A DNA stretch of 64,000 nt. Origin: Macrostomum lignano. Lineage: Eukaryota. How positions within the stretch are numbered: the stretch's first letter is position 1; every line of letters begins with the position of its first letter. Made by a program: the position numbers and the translations under genes. Positions 35,609 to 56,765 of this stretch are shown here, piece by piece. Below the pieces are notes generated by a model, which worked only from the letters and a program-made list of their open reading frames with translations, was not told the origin of the DNA and ran no database searches. The stretch lies in the NCBI GenBank assembly GCA_002269645.1, contig NIVC01001681.1, positions 1 through 64,000 of the forward strand, given 5' to 3'.

Positions 35609-37374
35609 GCAAAGCTGTTTGACTAGCCTGTAAATCATGGTTTTTTAAATTAATAGTTGAGTACCATTTTACAAGCTTAAGGTGCAAAAACAAAATTTTT
35701 ATAAGCATCAAAACCTAGGCAAATTCAAAAGTCAAATATATTTTTGTCTTAAATAAAGGAAATGATACATAATAGTAGAAGTTTTTGACTAAAGTTTCTG
35801 TTTTATAGACTTGGATCATGCAGCATTTATTGAATTATTTTGATTTCTTTATATAATAGTTCAAAATTGAATCCCACTATGCCACAAACAGAACTTTAAA
35901 CTTTTGGTTCTATTTATATAATATATTTTGGTTTTAAATATATATTTTTCTATTTGAAATTAAAAGTCAAAGTAAATTTTAAATTTAAATGAAAAAAGCT
36001 ATTAAATTGCAGTGACTTTGGACCTTGGTGGTTTAAGACTAGTTGCTAATCAAGCATAATTTAAAATAGAGAATGCTAGACTTTGAATTCTATTTTAAGT
36101 ATATAGATACAATGTTAGAAATTCCACTAGCCATGACTTGGTTTTGACCAAAGTAACTTAATTTTATAACTATATACTCAATCTTTTATGCATTTGTGCC
36201 ATGTTTTGGTTCGTTCATTTCATGTTTGTTTCTTTGAATTATTTTTCTCTTCATTTTTTCCTTGTTTATCTTCAATAATAACTCTTGGTTAAAAAAGGCT
36301 TGAATCAATTATTTAATAAGAATTTTCTATAATAGCTTATAGGCTATATTAATATATTATTATAAGGCCTAGAATATTCTTTGTTTCTTACAATATAGTT
36401 AGGACTATTTTATTCAAGACAAAAAAACATAACTTTAATTTTATAGGCCTAGCCTAGTCAGCTAGCAGTATATGCATAGCCTATGAAAATTTCAAAATAT
36501 ATAAACCAATTAAAAAGGCTTCATTCTTAAATCCAAAATAATAATTATATATTATAGTATATAATTTACTTCATAATGACCAACTCTCTTTAACTATGCC
36601 TAGCCATACATGTGCAACTGCTGGCCGACCTGGCCGATCTGGCCACCATAAATTGTGGTGGACCAGGGGTAAGTCGCAAATATTCCCAGCCTGAAGAATA
36701 CAGACATAGTACTAATTAGATGACGAGGCATTTATACCTTATAAGACAGTCATAGTTACTCCTGCCGTTTACCCAAAATTGCGTTAGGGTTTCTTTTATA
36801 GGTAAGTCGCATTTTTGGTCAAAAAGTAAGTTGCATGGCCAGTGTAAATCAGGGGGGTTGCGCATGTATGTGCCTAGCTACTTATTAATTTAATAAGAAA
36901 TTCAACAGAAGATAATATAATTGTAGTTGGAATTTAGCCAATCAAGATTTTTATTTAAAGATAATATGTTTTTATTACAGGGTGCTTGCACATTTTGAGA
37001 GAAAGTAAAATAAAGGAGACTATTTGACTGATGCCAAAATAAAGGAGATTTAATTTGGTAATTTGATAATTTGGTAAATCTGCAGGTAACAACATGGACC
37101 TAAACATATATCACTCATTTGTTACATTTAAACTTTAAACTGTTATAACCTACAGATTTTGAGCCCACTGAGTTCCAATCCCTGGAACAATAATTTTAAA
37201 TCTAAAGTCATACTCCAACAAAATCCTGTTAATAGTTAGAATAGAGGTAAATAAAAATTGGAGTAAATTTGTGGTAAATTAAGATTTGAGGTGTATTGAT
37301 CATCTTGGTTGATGTTGCCATGGAATGACAAGCAATATCTGTCTAAGGCCTATACATAGGCAAACTTTGGCCTC

Positions 37375-38275
37375 TTGCCTCTACATCTCTCATGTCCCTT
37401 GGGTCCTTTAAAACTTCTATCTCATCTTCTATCTCTTCTCTTCTCTCCTTCTCTCCTTTTATCTCTTCTCTCTTTTTCCCCTTTTCCTATACTCTTTACT
37501 CTCTTTTCTCTTATCTTGCTCATCTCCACTCTTTTTCTCTACTCTTTTCTTTCTCCTCCCTGGCCCCTCTACTATCTTATCTTTACTCTTTGCTCTCTCA
37601 TCTTTTTTCTCTCCTCTCAGCTCTTATCTTTTCTCTTATCTCTCCACTCTTCTCTTTTCTTTCTTTTTCTATCCCCTCTCTTCTCTTTTTTTATTAGAGG
37701 CAGGAGGGTTATGTGTACCCTGGCGCAATTTAAGCAACATAGGCACACAACTGGCGAGAGGCATTACTGCCCATTCTGCCAACTCCCCCGAGTAGGCATA
37801 CAAGCGCGCGGATATGTATGCAGGCACACACTCACATAGGAGTGTACAGCGGCCCTAAATTTATATTATTGTTAGGCATATACACTTCATACAGCTGCAC
37901 TACCGCTAGGCTACGGCCCTTCTCTTCTCTTTCTTTCCTCTTTCTTCTCTTAACTCTTTCCCTTATTATCTCTTCTTTTTAATATCTCCTCTTTTATCTG
38001 TTCTTTTCTTTACTCTTTTCTTTCTCCTCTCTACTCTCTTTTCTTATCTCTTCTCTTTCTTTCATCTTATCTCTCTCTTCTCTCTTTTTGTCTCTCTTAT
38101 CTCTTTTTTCCCCTTTACAGTCCTCTTATTTCTCTTTCTTTTCTCATTCCCCTCTTTTCTACCCTCTTTCTTTTTATCCTCCTGTCTCCATTTATCTTTT
38201 CTCTTCTTTCTCTTACCTTTCCTTTTTTCTTATTGTCTATTCATTCTTATTTCCACTTATCTGTCTTTGCAACTA
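37375..38275. repeat. Polypyrimidine (CT-rich) low-complexity tract interrupted by a ~220-bp insertion (37697-37920)
   Basis: Almost exclusively C/T on the + strand. The L/S/F-rich ORFs here are artefacts. Confidence 0.85.
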
Positions 38276-38436
38276 TTAGCTAGATTCTTTATCTGGCCTT
38301 TGAGGTAAAAGTCTGCCTATCCTTGCTTTGAAAGCCAGTTTGTAAGACATAGTATTCTTATGATTGTTTCATTTTATGGCCCATTTGCTGACTGCTTTGA
38401 TCATGTCATTTTTCTAGTCAATTTGCAGCCCTGAGA

Positions 38437-41247
38437 TAGGGTGTCCAGCGAGCCTATTTTTAGCATGTGCAAAACCGAAAAATGGTAAAAAAGTGGTCTC
38501 CTTTAAACGTATGTAACTTTTTAAATATTTGAGATATGACCACGTTCTTATATTCATTGAAAAGAAGGCAAACAGATGTTTTAAACGACATATAGTTTTC
38601 ATGTTTAGGACATACGATTACAAAGATACAGCCTGTCAAACATTGTGTACATTTTCGTACATTTTCAAAACTGTGCCGAATTTGCTTGAAAATATGGGAT
38701 CGGGAGGATTCGTTTTTTAGTAAATGAGTGTATAACTGCTAAGAATGCTTGCACACTGAGTGTAGGTAACTTCCTGGAGGTCATTTTAAGTGAACTTTTT
38801 TTGTTCAAAAATATGTACATGTACATGTACATGTACATGTAAAATTTAAAATGGCCATAACTTTTGAATGAAAAGAGCGGCCACCCTAATTCTTTTTGCT
38901 ACTTACTTCTAGGGACAAAATGAAACTTTTAGGCAAGACAGGATGAGTGTAACTCTTGCCGCAGTATGCTTAACAGAAATCGTCAAAATGCATGCAAATC
39001 CCCATAAGAGACATTAAAATCGGGAAATTTTCGAAGCTCAAAAGAATGGCCAGTTAGTTTCTTCGATAAAATGATAGCAAAACAGGCCAAAATCTTTGTC
39101 CTAAAGGCACATACTGATAACTTTTGCCGCACCAACGTTATTAAGCATAATTGGCACAGGTGTACATGCAAAATACACTACCGAGATAGGAAAAATGTAC
39201 ATTGAGGGGCTGTATATTCGAAAAGAAGTCATGTATGCAATTTTTCTTTAAAAAGGGATAGCAGGACTTACGATATACTATATCTCTTATGCATTTCTCA
39301 CTAATCCATCTTTTATTTGCAGATCTTCCAGATGCCAGACATGCTGCGCCTATACAGTATCTACTATGAGTGCATGACAAGCTCATGGGTGAAGCTTTCT
39401 ACAGTCGCCTCTGATCATTCCAGCTGGGCCCGAAGATTGCGCGCAGCTTCTCGAAGGCCTGCGTCGGCGCCCTCTTCTCTGAAGGGGACCAGGCAACAGC
39501 AGCAGCAAAGGTTGGCAAACTGGCGTGCTAGAAGTCGACTCTGGCTCAGTTGCAGCTGGGACCACAGCAGGAAAGACAAGTGCCTGGCCCATGTAGATGA
39601 CCCAGGGACTCTGCTTGCCAGCAGCTTCCTCGCACACCTTTGACCTCTACAGGTCCCGCACCTTTTTCACTTTTGTTACTGCCTCCACAGGTTACAAAGT
39701 GCGTCTAGTTTAGTGTCTGCAGGCAGATTAAGACATTCTGCCAAGCTAATTAAAAATATTAAAGCACTAAAGTGAAGCAGTTGAGTAGAGGCTGAACTGA
39801 CTAAAAGGGTTCTCAGCCAATTCGGCTGCTGGGAGACAACTGACTGGGGATGAAAACAGGAGCAGACGAATCGACTGTCATACTCTCATACATGTGCATG
39901 TACATACTACAGTATACAATGTAATCACGCTGTGTATTGCTCAAGATTGTTAGATTGGCTACGAGCAAGTCACAATTCACCAATCACCAACATGGTGTCC
40001 CATCTCAGCAAACTGTTGTTGCGCAGTTGGCGACTCCAGTCTCCAGCTGCCAGGCCATGTCATCCAAGCCGGTTCGTACCGCCCGCAGCTGGTGCAGATG
40101 CTACTGACGCTGCAGACACCTTAATACTGGAGAGGAAAGGCACGCACACGGGTTTTGTTGACTGCCTGCTGGCTGATTCCAGCACCCTGGACACGATGGC
40201 GACCTACATTCGTGTCAAGGACCTGAAACCCACCCTGTAATATTGTCTCATTCTTGACTGGCTTGATTGTAGTAGCTACAGTTGTAGTACTGTAGTAGAC
40301 TCATAGTACGATGAGAAGGCCAGCACAGCAGATGAAATATTTGCTGACGAGCTGCACTGACTGCAGCTGAATTTGATAGCAGACAAATTGACTGGATTAC
40401 CACGAACAGCTATCGCGCTGAAAAGTGAACACAGTGAACAAGTAAATGAATCAAATGATGCAGATAAACTGTAAATCTATATTCGATCAATTGCTGAATA
40501 TGGGCATGGTCTCTTCAAACATGAAAGTACATGATTTAGTAACATATTACTTAATACAGTATCGATTCATTACAGCTGTTAAATGGACTACAAAAATCTT
40601 TTGAATGACTCCAGCATGAAGATAGTTAAGATTAATATTGACACGAGCTACATAGATTTTTAGACAACATAGACATCCAGAATGGTACTTTGGAAGACCC
40701 GTTTTCATAGAAATAAGTCACTCATTTAAATACTACTTATAGTAGAAAGTCAAAAATCTTACTAATTATAGTATACAAGTATTACTTTGACATGGAAGTA
40801 ATATAAAATAAGGCAAATAGAAACTATACCATGAAAAAGCCAAAGAATGGTACTCCAGAAAAATTTTTTTCTTCACCTTTTTGTCCTAATCCCCAGATAT
40901 CTGCATATATAGAACAGTATATATATAGAAAAAAATATCAGATAATGTTGTAGCAACAAAAATCTACAAAATAAAACATAAAGCACTAAAATTGGTTATA
41001 AAATAAGAAAGTTACAGACATTTTACTGCACAAAACATGTTTTTTTGCCCAAAAATGGCACAGTTTTTAGTGTATTTGAGATAGGGAAAAAACACCATTT
41101 TTTTGAAACAAAAAACTCCATAACTTTTTTATTACTTGATCAATTTTCAAAAGTTTGGTGTCATTTCACTCATAACATCCAGGACTACAACATGGCATGA
41201 TTAAAAATTTGGATTTCGAAAAAAAAATTTTCTCACTGGACCCCCTA
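38437..41247. mobile_element. Decayed cut-and-paste DNA transposon (2811 bp), TAG...CTA termini, 7-bp TSD CCTGAGA
   Basis: Left end TAGGGTGTCCAGCGAG; right end CTCACTGGACCCCCTA (reverse complement TAGGGGGTCCAGTGAG). CCTGAGA lies at 38430-38436 and 41248-41254. Internal GC-rich segments with stops (39320-40240) look like eroded coding sequence. Confidence 0.75.
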
Positions 41248-42023
41248 CCTGAGAAGAACTTATGTATCTCCAACTTCACAGTTCCACATATTTGATATTG
41301 AGGCTAACCTATAGTTGATACTTTAAAGTTTATTTAATTAGTAACTAGGCCTAATCATATATACAAACAATTTTGTTGAGACTTACAAATTATTCTTATA
41401 TATAACTTTGTCTAGGAAAATAATACAAGTCAATGGAATGGAATTTTTAAAATGAATTTAAAAGGACCCTCTAAACTAATAATATATTATTATTATGTAT
41501 TGTGTGCTAAAAATCCTAAGAGCTAAAGTGGCTAAATAAAGGAGAAAGTCCAAAAATCTTCCAAATAAAAGATAGGGGGCCTATGAAAGAGATAAAAGAG
41601 GGGTTTGCCAAATAAAGGAGAATAAAGGAGATAAAGGAGATAAATGAGGGTGCGGGCACCTTGTGTTAAGCTAGCTAGCTAGAATAGGCCTAGAAATAAT
41701 TTGAAAGGATAAAAAAGATAGAAAGAAGCTAATAACAATTTTAAGAAATAAAGTTGGTTGAAAATTGAATCTTTTTAATTTTAGGAATCAAAAAAGTTTA
41801 GCAACAATAAAAACTGAGCAATAAGAAGGCAAGAAGCATATTATTAGGTCTAGACCCTAGAAGTATCAATAAAGGTTAAACTTAAAGTTCTACTTTTTGA
41901 AATACATGTTTATACCTAAAATAAAATGTAATTTAAATTTTATATTAAGTCAAGGGCATGAATCCCCCGCTTTAGTCTTTACTGGCTAAGAAAATAGGTC
42001 AAGACGTCAGGTCACGAGGTCAG

Positions 42024-43890
42024 CCATAGTTCGGAAGAGGGCATGTACGCCGGAAATTTCCGGGGTACAGTCAAGAAATTTGGCGTACATGTTGGCGTAC
42101 AAATAGTAATTTTCTAAGGCTTTTGGCGTACATGTTTAACCATGATTATTAATTTGGTGTGTAACATGCACCAAAAAACAAAAAATTCGTAACCTAGTGA
42201 AATCAATAACAGTTACAAAGTCGTTCATTATGCATTTACTGTAAAATTTCACGATTGATGCAGAACTGACTTTCGTGTTTTTTGCTTGTGGTGAAGTTGT
42301 AATTTTAACAAAAAATGCACAAATTTTACTTAAATTTTATAAATAAACTGTGTACATATAAATCTGTCACTTTTTAATAGTTCTTACTGATAAATAAAAA
42401 AGTTACTTTCCGTTTTCAACATAGACAATTTAAAATTAAATATGTTTTTATCGGGCCGTTTTGGGCGTGAGACATTTGATATTCCAGATAGATACAACTC
42501 TGGACATTCATTTAGGTTGTATCGGACTCAAATGCGCGAGTCATCCCAACCTTCGCGGCCCAGCAGTTCCTTGGATGCCCGTCAAAACGGCCACACGCGG
42601 AACGGCCACACGACAAAACGGCCACACCGTTAAAACGGCCACACGACAAAACGGCCACATAAAACAAAAAGGGTTGCAGATCGATTGCTCATAAGATCCA
42701 GCTTATGACATCAAAATGCAAAAGAAGTAAATGCATTGAGATATTGTGAAATTTATGTAGGCCGAAAAGGATCCGAAAAGGAAGCACCAGAGAAGCGAAG
42801 ACGAAATTGTATTTTATGGAGCGACCAGCAGTTATGCAAATTTTTAAAAGATGCTAAAATATTTGTGTAAGAAAGCCTCTTCCTCTTCTTCCAGTACTGT
42901 TGGAAGCTCCAGCTCAATTGTTGGTTCGTCAATGCCAACATCCAATTCTGTGCTATGCAACTTAAACAAGCTGTCTACAAGTGTCTCAGAGTCAGCCTCG
43001 AGGCCTGAAATGTAGAGAATTGGAATGTAGAAAAAAATCTGCTTTATCTCAACTTCACATGCATCGACTTACCTAAACCTTCTGGTAACAACTTCAGGTG
43101 CGTCAGATGCTGGTATCCTTATTCGCAAATGTAAGGCAGGTCGCTCCTCAGCAGCTAAGCTGGGTTCCGCTGCCGCACTGTGCTCAGCAGCTGAGCTGGG
43201 TGCTAGCAGGCAATTTGGACAAAACCATGGCATCGTCTCATTCTTCATGGCATTGTAGCGAGCTATAGAAACGGCTGCGTCTCCTGCAGTAGCAGCAGAT
43301 ATACAATAATTACCAATTACAGTTAATTCAAATAATTACAACTATAACAGCATACTATAAATAGCAACTCACCTTTCAGACACAATGCATGCTGGCGAGG
43401 TCTGACTCTAAGTAGACACTTTGGACAACTGTCGTCCATTGTTAAAAATGAAAAATGAAAAAATAAAAAATTATTACATCGTGTGGCCGTTTTGTCGTGT
43501 GGCCGTTTTGACGGTGTGGCCGTTTTGTCGTGTGGCCGTTCCGCGTGTGGCGCGTGTTACGCGGAATAGCCACACAACAAAACGGCCACACCGTTAAGCA
43601 ATGAAGCAGCAATGAACCAATGGGATGCAATTGCGGAGTCATAGGGTGCACTCCATGAAGCCTTTCGAGCTGAAAATCCTCGGTGCAAGATTCATGAGCA
43701 GCTACAGTACCAAATGTTTGGAAGTGATTTTGTTTTCGATCTCCTATAAGTAATATATTTACATAGAAGACAAATTTAATAACTGCACTGTAAACGACAA
43801 CGTCACAAAGATATATGGCGTACATCGGCGTACACAAAAAAAATTGGTAGTTTTTTTTCCGGGGTACATACAGAGTGTTCCGAACTATGG
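42024..43890. mobile_element. Non-autonomous TIR element (1867 bp) with 8-bp TSD GAGGTCAG (hAT/P-like)
   Basis: Perfect 13-bp TIRs CCATAGTTCGGAA at 42024-42036 and 43878-43890. GAGGTCAG lies at 42016-42023 and 43891-43898. Subterminal GGCGTACA motifs are repeated at both ends. Confidence 0.88.
42580..43555 (-). mobile_element. Nested foldback/Mutator-like element with AAAACGGCCACAC-array inverted repeats and a spliced PHD-finger remnant
   Basis: The array at 42582-42660 is inverted at 43478-43550. Minus-strand exons read MDDSCPKCLLRVRPRQHALCLK|G..RYNAMKNETMPWFCPNC (a PHD-like domain missing its middle) with GTGAGT/GTAAGT donors; the frame is broken downstream. Confidence 0.6.
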
Positions 43891-45144
43891 GAGGTCAGGT
43901 CTTACTTTTGTGAAAATTTGGATTTTGATTCCTAGACCTGAAGTAAGGACCTTCTCTTTCTGTTAAAATTGGTATTTGGCATACTCTCTTGCCTTGTCAT
44001 AATACTTTACCTCACATTTTTCGATCGTATCTCATTACGCTAATAATGAGGTAACTGTAAGCACAATAATACATTCCATTAAATAAATAAATACGACAGG
44101 TTCCACACACACACACACAGACATAAATGTTAAACAAATTTTTTTCTGCTTTATGCTTTATTTGGTTTGTTTTATCTAAAAAAGAAAAAAATACACTATT
44201 TTAACTGTAACTACAAGTTTAAGTCTTCAAAAATCTAAAAAGTGGTCTCTATGAAAGAATTATTGCGATAATTTAACTTGCTTATTTATAAAATTTTATC
44301 CTCAACTCTACTTAAATAGAATTATCCATTTTATGTCTTGCTTTATTGCCTTATTGAAGAATTTATTAATTATCTATATTTTAAAAAGGGAAGCATTTCA
44401 TCTCAAATTGGGTCCATTACGGGTTTAAGTTTCAGCATATTGTAGACTCTCACTTCTCAGTTGAGGAATGTCAGGATGTTATATTTTCATGAAAGTTGTA
44501 GCTTCGAACTCTTTACCCAAGTCCCACCCATATACAGATTTACTGCCCTGATGATTTTTAAATCCTTCTACGTATACTTTCTATTATAGCTTAGTTTTTA
44601 ATGAACAGCATATGTATGTGTGTATTTAAAATATTTATGACACCAAAGGAACAAAATGTTTATTTGTCTCAACAAGCTAAATCTTGTCCAACTTTTCTTT
44701 TCTGTATGCAGATGCAGTTGGGCTAGCTAGATTGCACTTAAAATAATGCGTTTGAAGCCTGTAACTAAATTCTTATCACATTTTTTTATTCATATTTTAG
44801 ATAGGAAGCCATGACCCATGAGCGAGAGTAGAAAGAATTTGCTTTATATCAGTCAGGCTGGATTATCCATGCAACTGAAAGCCCTCTTCGAGCTAAACTT
44901 ACTTAATAACTTGATCCTTCCATGGCTTTCAACCGTATTTTAAAGGACTGCTTGATAATATCACTCTGTTAAGGACTATTCAAGAGTAGTCAGGGGTAGG
45001 GCTAATATTAAATCTTGGCTGGCCCAAAAACTATGAACTTCTCTTATTGCATCGATACCCACGTTACTACTTAATAATTTTTTGGAGTAGCAAGTGGTAA
45101 ATACCTAAAAATCAAACAAAATTCATGCCGACCATAAAAAGAAG

Positions 45145-55498
<10,354 letters not shown>

Positions 55499-55670
55499 AA
55501 AGTGGAAAATTTTGGAAACTTTTCTGCGACACTCGCTAATTGCTACAGATAAAAAAATCACTTTGATTAATAAAGTACATTTTGCTTATTTTATTCAATG
55601 TAATCTATGGATCTTTGCATTTGATTTGTTCCTAAATATTGTTTAAAAAGTACTTTGTGTACATGTATAT

Positions 55671-55740
55671 CAGGTGTCGGCAACCTTTTTTACCTTAAGG
55701 GCCAGATAGAGAACCAAGTGTATGACTGCGGGCCAAGGGA
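55671..55740 (+). mobile_element. hAT-like terminal fragment (CAGGTGTCGGCAACCTTTTT..AAGGGCCAGA..GCGGGCC)
   Basis: Resembles common hAT 5' termini; no partner end was found. Confidence 0.45.
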
Positions 55741-56105
55741 GGGAAAAGAGAAAAGAGAGGTAATGGAATAAATGAGAATAGAGGAGAGATAATATAGGAA
55801 AGGAAACCGAGAGAAGAAGAGAGGAGAGAACAGGAGAGGTGAGAGGAGAGAGGAGAGAAGAAGAGATGAGAGAAAAGAGAAGAAAGAGGAAAGAACAGGA
55901 GAGAAGAGAGAGGAAAGAACAGGAGAGAAGAGAGAGGTGAGAGGAAAGAACAGGAGAGAAGAGAGAGGTGAGAGGAGAGGAGAGAAAAGAGAAGAGAAGA
56001 GGGAGGAGAGAACAGGAGAGAGGAGAGGAGAGGAGAGGAGAGGAGAGGAGAGAAAAGAGAAGAGAAGAGAGAGGAGAGAACAGGAGAGAGGAGAGGAGAA
56101 GAGAG
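55735..56105. repeat. Polypurine (GGAGA/GAAGA) low-complexity tract
   Basis: Nearly pure A/G on the + strand. Confidence 0.88.
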
Positions 56106-56149
56106 AACGTTTTGGGTGTTTTGGGTTTTGATCCTCATGGGCATGAAAC

Positions 56150-56273
56150 ACACGACAACCCCCTAAGCCAATTTTCGTGCACAAAAGCCCCAAATGAATG
56201 CGGAAACGCTCACGGAATCGAACCAGGGGTCGCGGCGCGAGAGTCAGACGCTTTTACCGTTGATCAACTGCTC
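56150..56273 (-). mobile_element. tRNA(Glu)-like SINE head
   Basis: The minus strand GAGCAGTTGATCAACGGTAAAAGCGTCTGACTCTCGCGCCGCGACCCCTGGTTCGATTCC has A/B-box-like segments and resembles tRNA-Glu(CTC), but lacks a paired acceptor stem. Confidence 0.55.
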
Positions 56274-56765
56274 ATTAATGGCCACAACCCACACCTCGCC
56301 ACCAGGCAGCCAAGCTCATGATCATTAGAAAGTTCTGAGAATGCAGAACTCAGCGCTGAAATACCCAGTTAATTGGGTTGACTTTTCATTATCTCTCTCT
56401 CTCTTCACTGTTTGCTCGCTCCACAAGTCGACAACAAACCCGGGAGCCTGCACAGGAATAATAATTGGACAATGGCCCACCGCCGCTGTCTTCCGCACGG
56501 GAGTTTCACCGAAGAGTGGAAAATATTTGCCAGTCAAATTCTGAGCAAGCGCAGGTGGCAGCGATTCGCACGCTTTGCATTCGCTGATCAATGGGATCCA
56601 GGGCGGTGGGACGGAGGCGGTTTCCATGGCAACGGATTATCATTCAATGGCACGCTCCCGTCTCTCCTCACTAGCTGTATAAAACTGAGGCCTTCCTAGC
56701 TTCTCTGTAAGCCAGCTCGTGTGTTTTTCTTCTAGATTAGAAGAAGCAGCACAACCAAGCAAAGC

